From positions 17,888 through 81,887 of the forward strand of contig WVZE01000001.1 of the NCBI GenBank assembly GCA_011772645.1: 64,000 bases of DNA, given 5' to 3'. Below the pieces are notes generated by a model. That model saw only the letters and a program-made list of their open reading frames with translations, was not told the origin of the DNA and did no database searches. The DNA is from Candidatus Aenigmatarchaeota archaeon. Lineage in GTDB: Archaea > Aenigmatarchaeota > Aenigmatarchaeia > QMZP01 > QMZT01. Positions 63,272 through 64,000 of this stretch are shown here, in pieces. Numbering within the stretch: position 1 is the stretch's first letter; every line of letters starts with the position of its first letter. The position numbers were made by a program, and so were the translations under genes.

Positions 63272-63523
63272 TCAATGCTCGTTCATGGCCATATATGATA
63301 TTGTAGCGACACCCACCCATATCGGAGCCAACACGGGCAAAATAACGTTTATCGATATGCCAAAATAATAAAGCATGTAACCTACCGCCAGGGCAACGAT
63401 CGTTGATATAAAGAAGGCCAAAAATACCCTTTTTGCCTTGGATTTAACCTTCAAATGCGGCGGTTTCCCGTGTGGCTTTGGGTGTGCGTGTGGTGGCGGA
63501 TGTGGTGGTTTCGGACCCGGCAT
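63272..63523 (-). CDS. Small membrane protein with a His/Pro/Lys-rich N-terminus, embedded between atpB and atpD
   Basis: 83 aa. 'MPGPKPPHPPPHAHPKPHGKPPHLK' is followed by two predicted TM helices. Its ATG lies 1 nt after the atpB stop, and its stop lies 5 nt before the preferred atpD start. Confidence 0.55.
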   Translation of the reverse strand: MPGPKPPHPPPHAHPKPHGKPPHLKVKSKAKRVFLAFFISTIVALAVGYMLYYFGISINVILPVLAPIWVGVATISYMAMNEH

Positions 63524-63524
63524 A

Positions 63525-64000
63525 TCATTCCCCCCTCATATACCTCTTCATCAAATCCTTTTCGATCCTCTTCAATCTCTCCTCGGGTATTATCGAGAGC
63601 AGCTCCCACGCTTTTTCCAGGGATTGCTTTATTCCTCTCCTCTCATTCTCGTCCTGGTTTATGAATTCCCTTTCAAATCTGTTTGCCCATTCCAGGTATC
63701 TCTTGTCCGTTTCCGTCAAACCTTCCTCCCCTATTATCGAGATCAGCGCTCTCAATTTCTCAACCTCTGCCAGATTCGCATAACACTGGTTTGACATGGA
63801 CTTGTGATCATCCCTTGTTAAACCCCTTCCGACCCCCTTTGACATCAGTCTCGAAAGTGAGGAGAGCAGATCAACGGGAGGATACACGCCCTTCCTGAAC
63901 AAATCCCTGGACAACAGGACCTGTCCTTCTGTTATGTATCCCGTCAGGTCCGGAATGGGATGCGTGATGTCATCCTCGGGCATGGTTAAAACAGGAACCA
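63525..64000 (-). CDS. atpB: A/V-type ATP synthase subunit B, C-terminal part; the 5' end lies outside the window
   Basis: '(VPVLT)MPEDDITHPIPDLTGYITEGQVLLSRDL...YPPVDLLSSLSRLM' is present and the frame stays open to the window edge. Confidence 0.9.
   Translation of the reverse strand, partial: VPVLTMPEDDITHPIPDLTGYITEGQVLLSRDLFRKGVYPPVDLLSSLSRLMSKGVGRGLTRDDHKSMSNQCYANLAEVEKLRALISIIGEEGLTETDKRYLEWANRFEREFINQDENERRGIKQSLEKAWELLSIIPEERLKRIEKDLMKRYMRGE

Overview
This is a densely packed archaeal chromosomal segment with moderate GC (not computed). I call about 68 protein genes, two intron-containing tRNA genes and one SRP (7S) RNA. I found no CRISPR array, rRNA, transposase or integrase.

Most genes are core information processing:
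- Ribosomal proteins: L21e, S17e, S26e, L1, P0 and P1.
- RNA polymerase and tRNA/RNA handling: Rpo4/F, Pus10, RtcB with archease, the CCA-adding enzyme and ThpR.
- Aminoacyl-tRNA synthetases: GlyRS, PheRS alpha and beta, and AlaRS.
- Replication and repair: RPA, RadA, DnaG, Orc1/Cdc6, PolB and EndoQ.
- Other housekeeping: thermosome, NAC, PPDK, and the A-type ATPase subunits B and D.

Scattered among these are parts of type IV pilus-like machinery and several secreted surface proteins. The pilus parts are two FlaI-type ATPases, a platform protein encoded as two genes, and four class-III-signal pilin-like genes.

The presence of eS26, a tRNA-Ile(UAU), non-canonical tRNA introns and the scattered pilus genes suggests an uncultivated small-genome (DPANN-like) archaeon. 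That assignment is inference only.

The most notable observations are:
1. Two different tRNA genes, Arg-CCU and Ile-UAU, carry clearly homologous introns at the same T-loop position. The Ile gene also has an anticodon-loop intron.
2. A shortened PolD small-subunit (DP1)-like gene lacking the phosphodiesterase motifs lies directly downstream of cdc6 and a candidate origin. The PolB gene about 3 kb away has an extra C-terminal Cys4 tail.
3. Four tandem paralogous lipobox-type secreted proteins are transcribed divergently from a pilin-like gene.
4. A protein with four CBS domains and an HPF/RaiA-like C-terminus is translationally coupled to S17e.
5. A small His/Pro-rich membrane protein gene is wedged between atpB and atpD.
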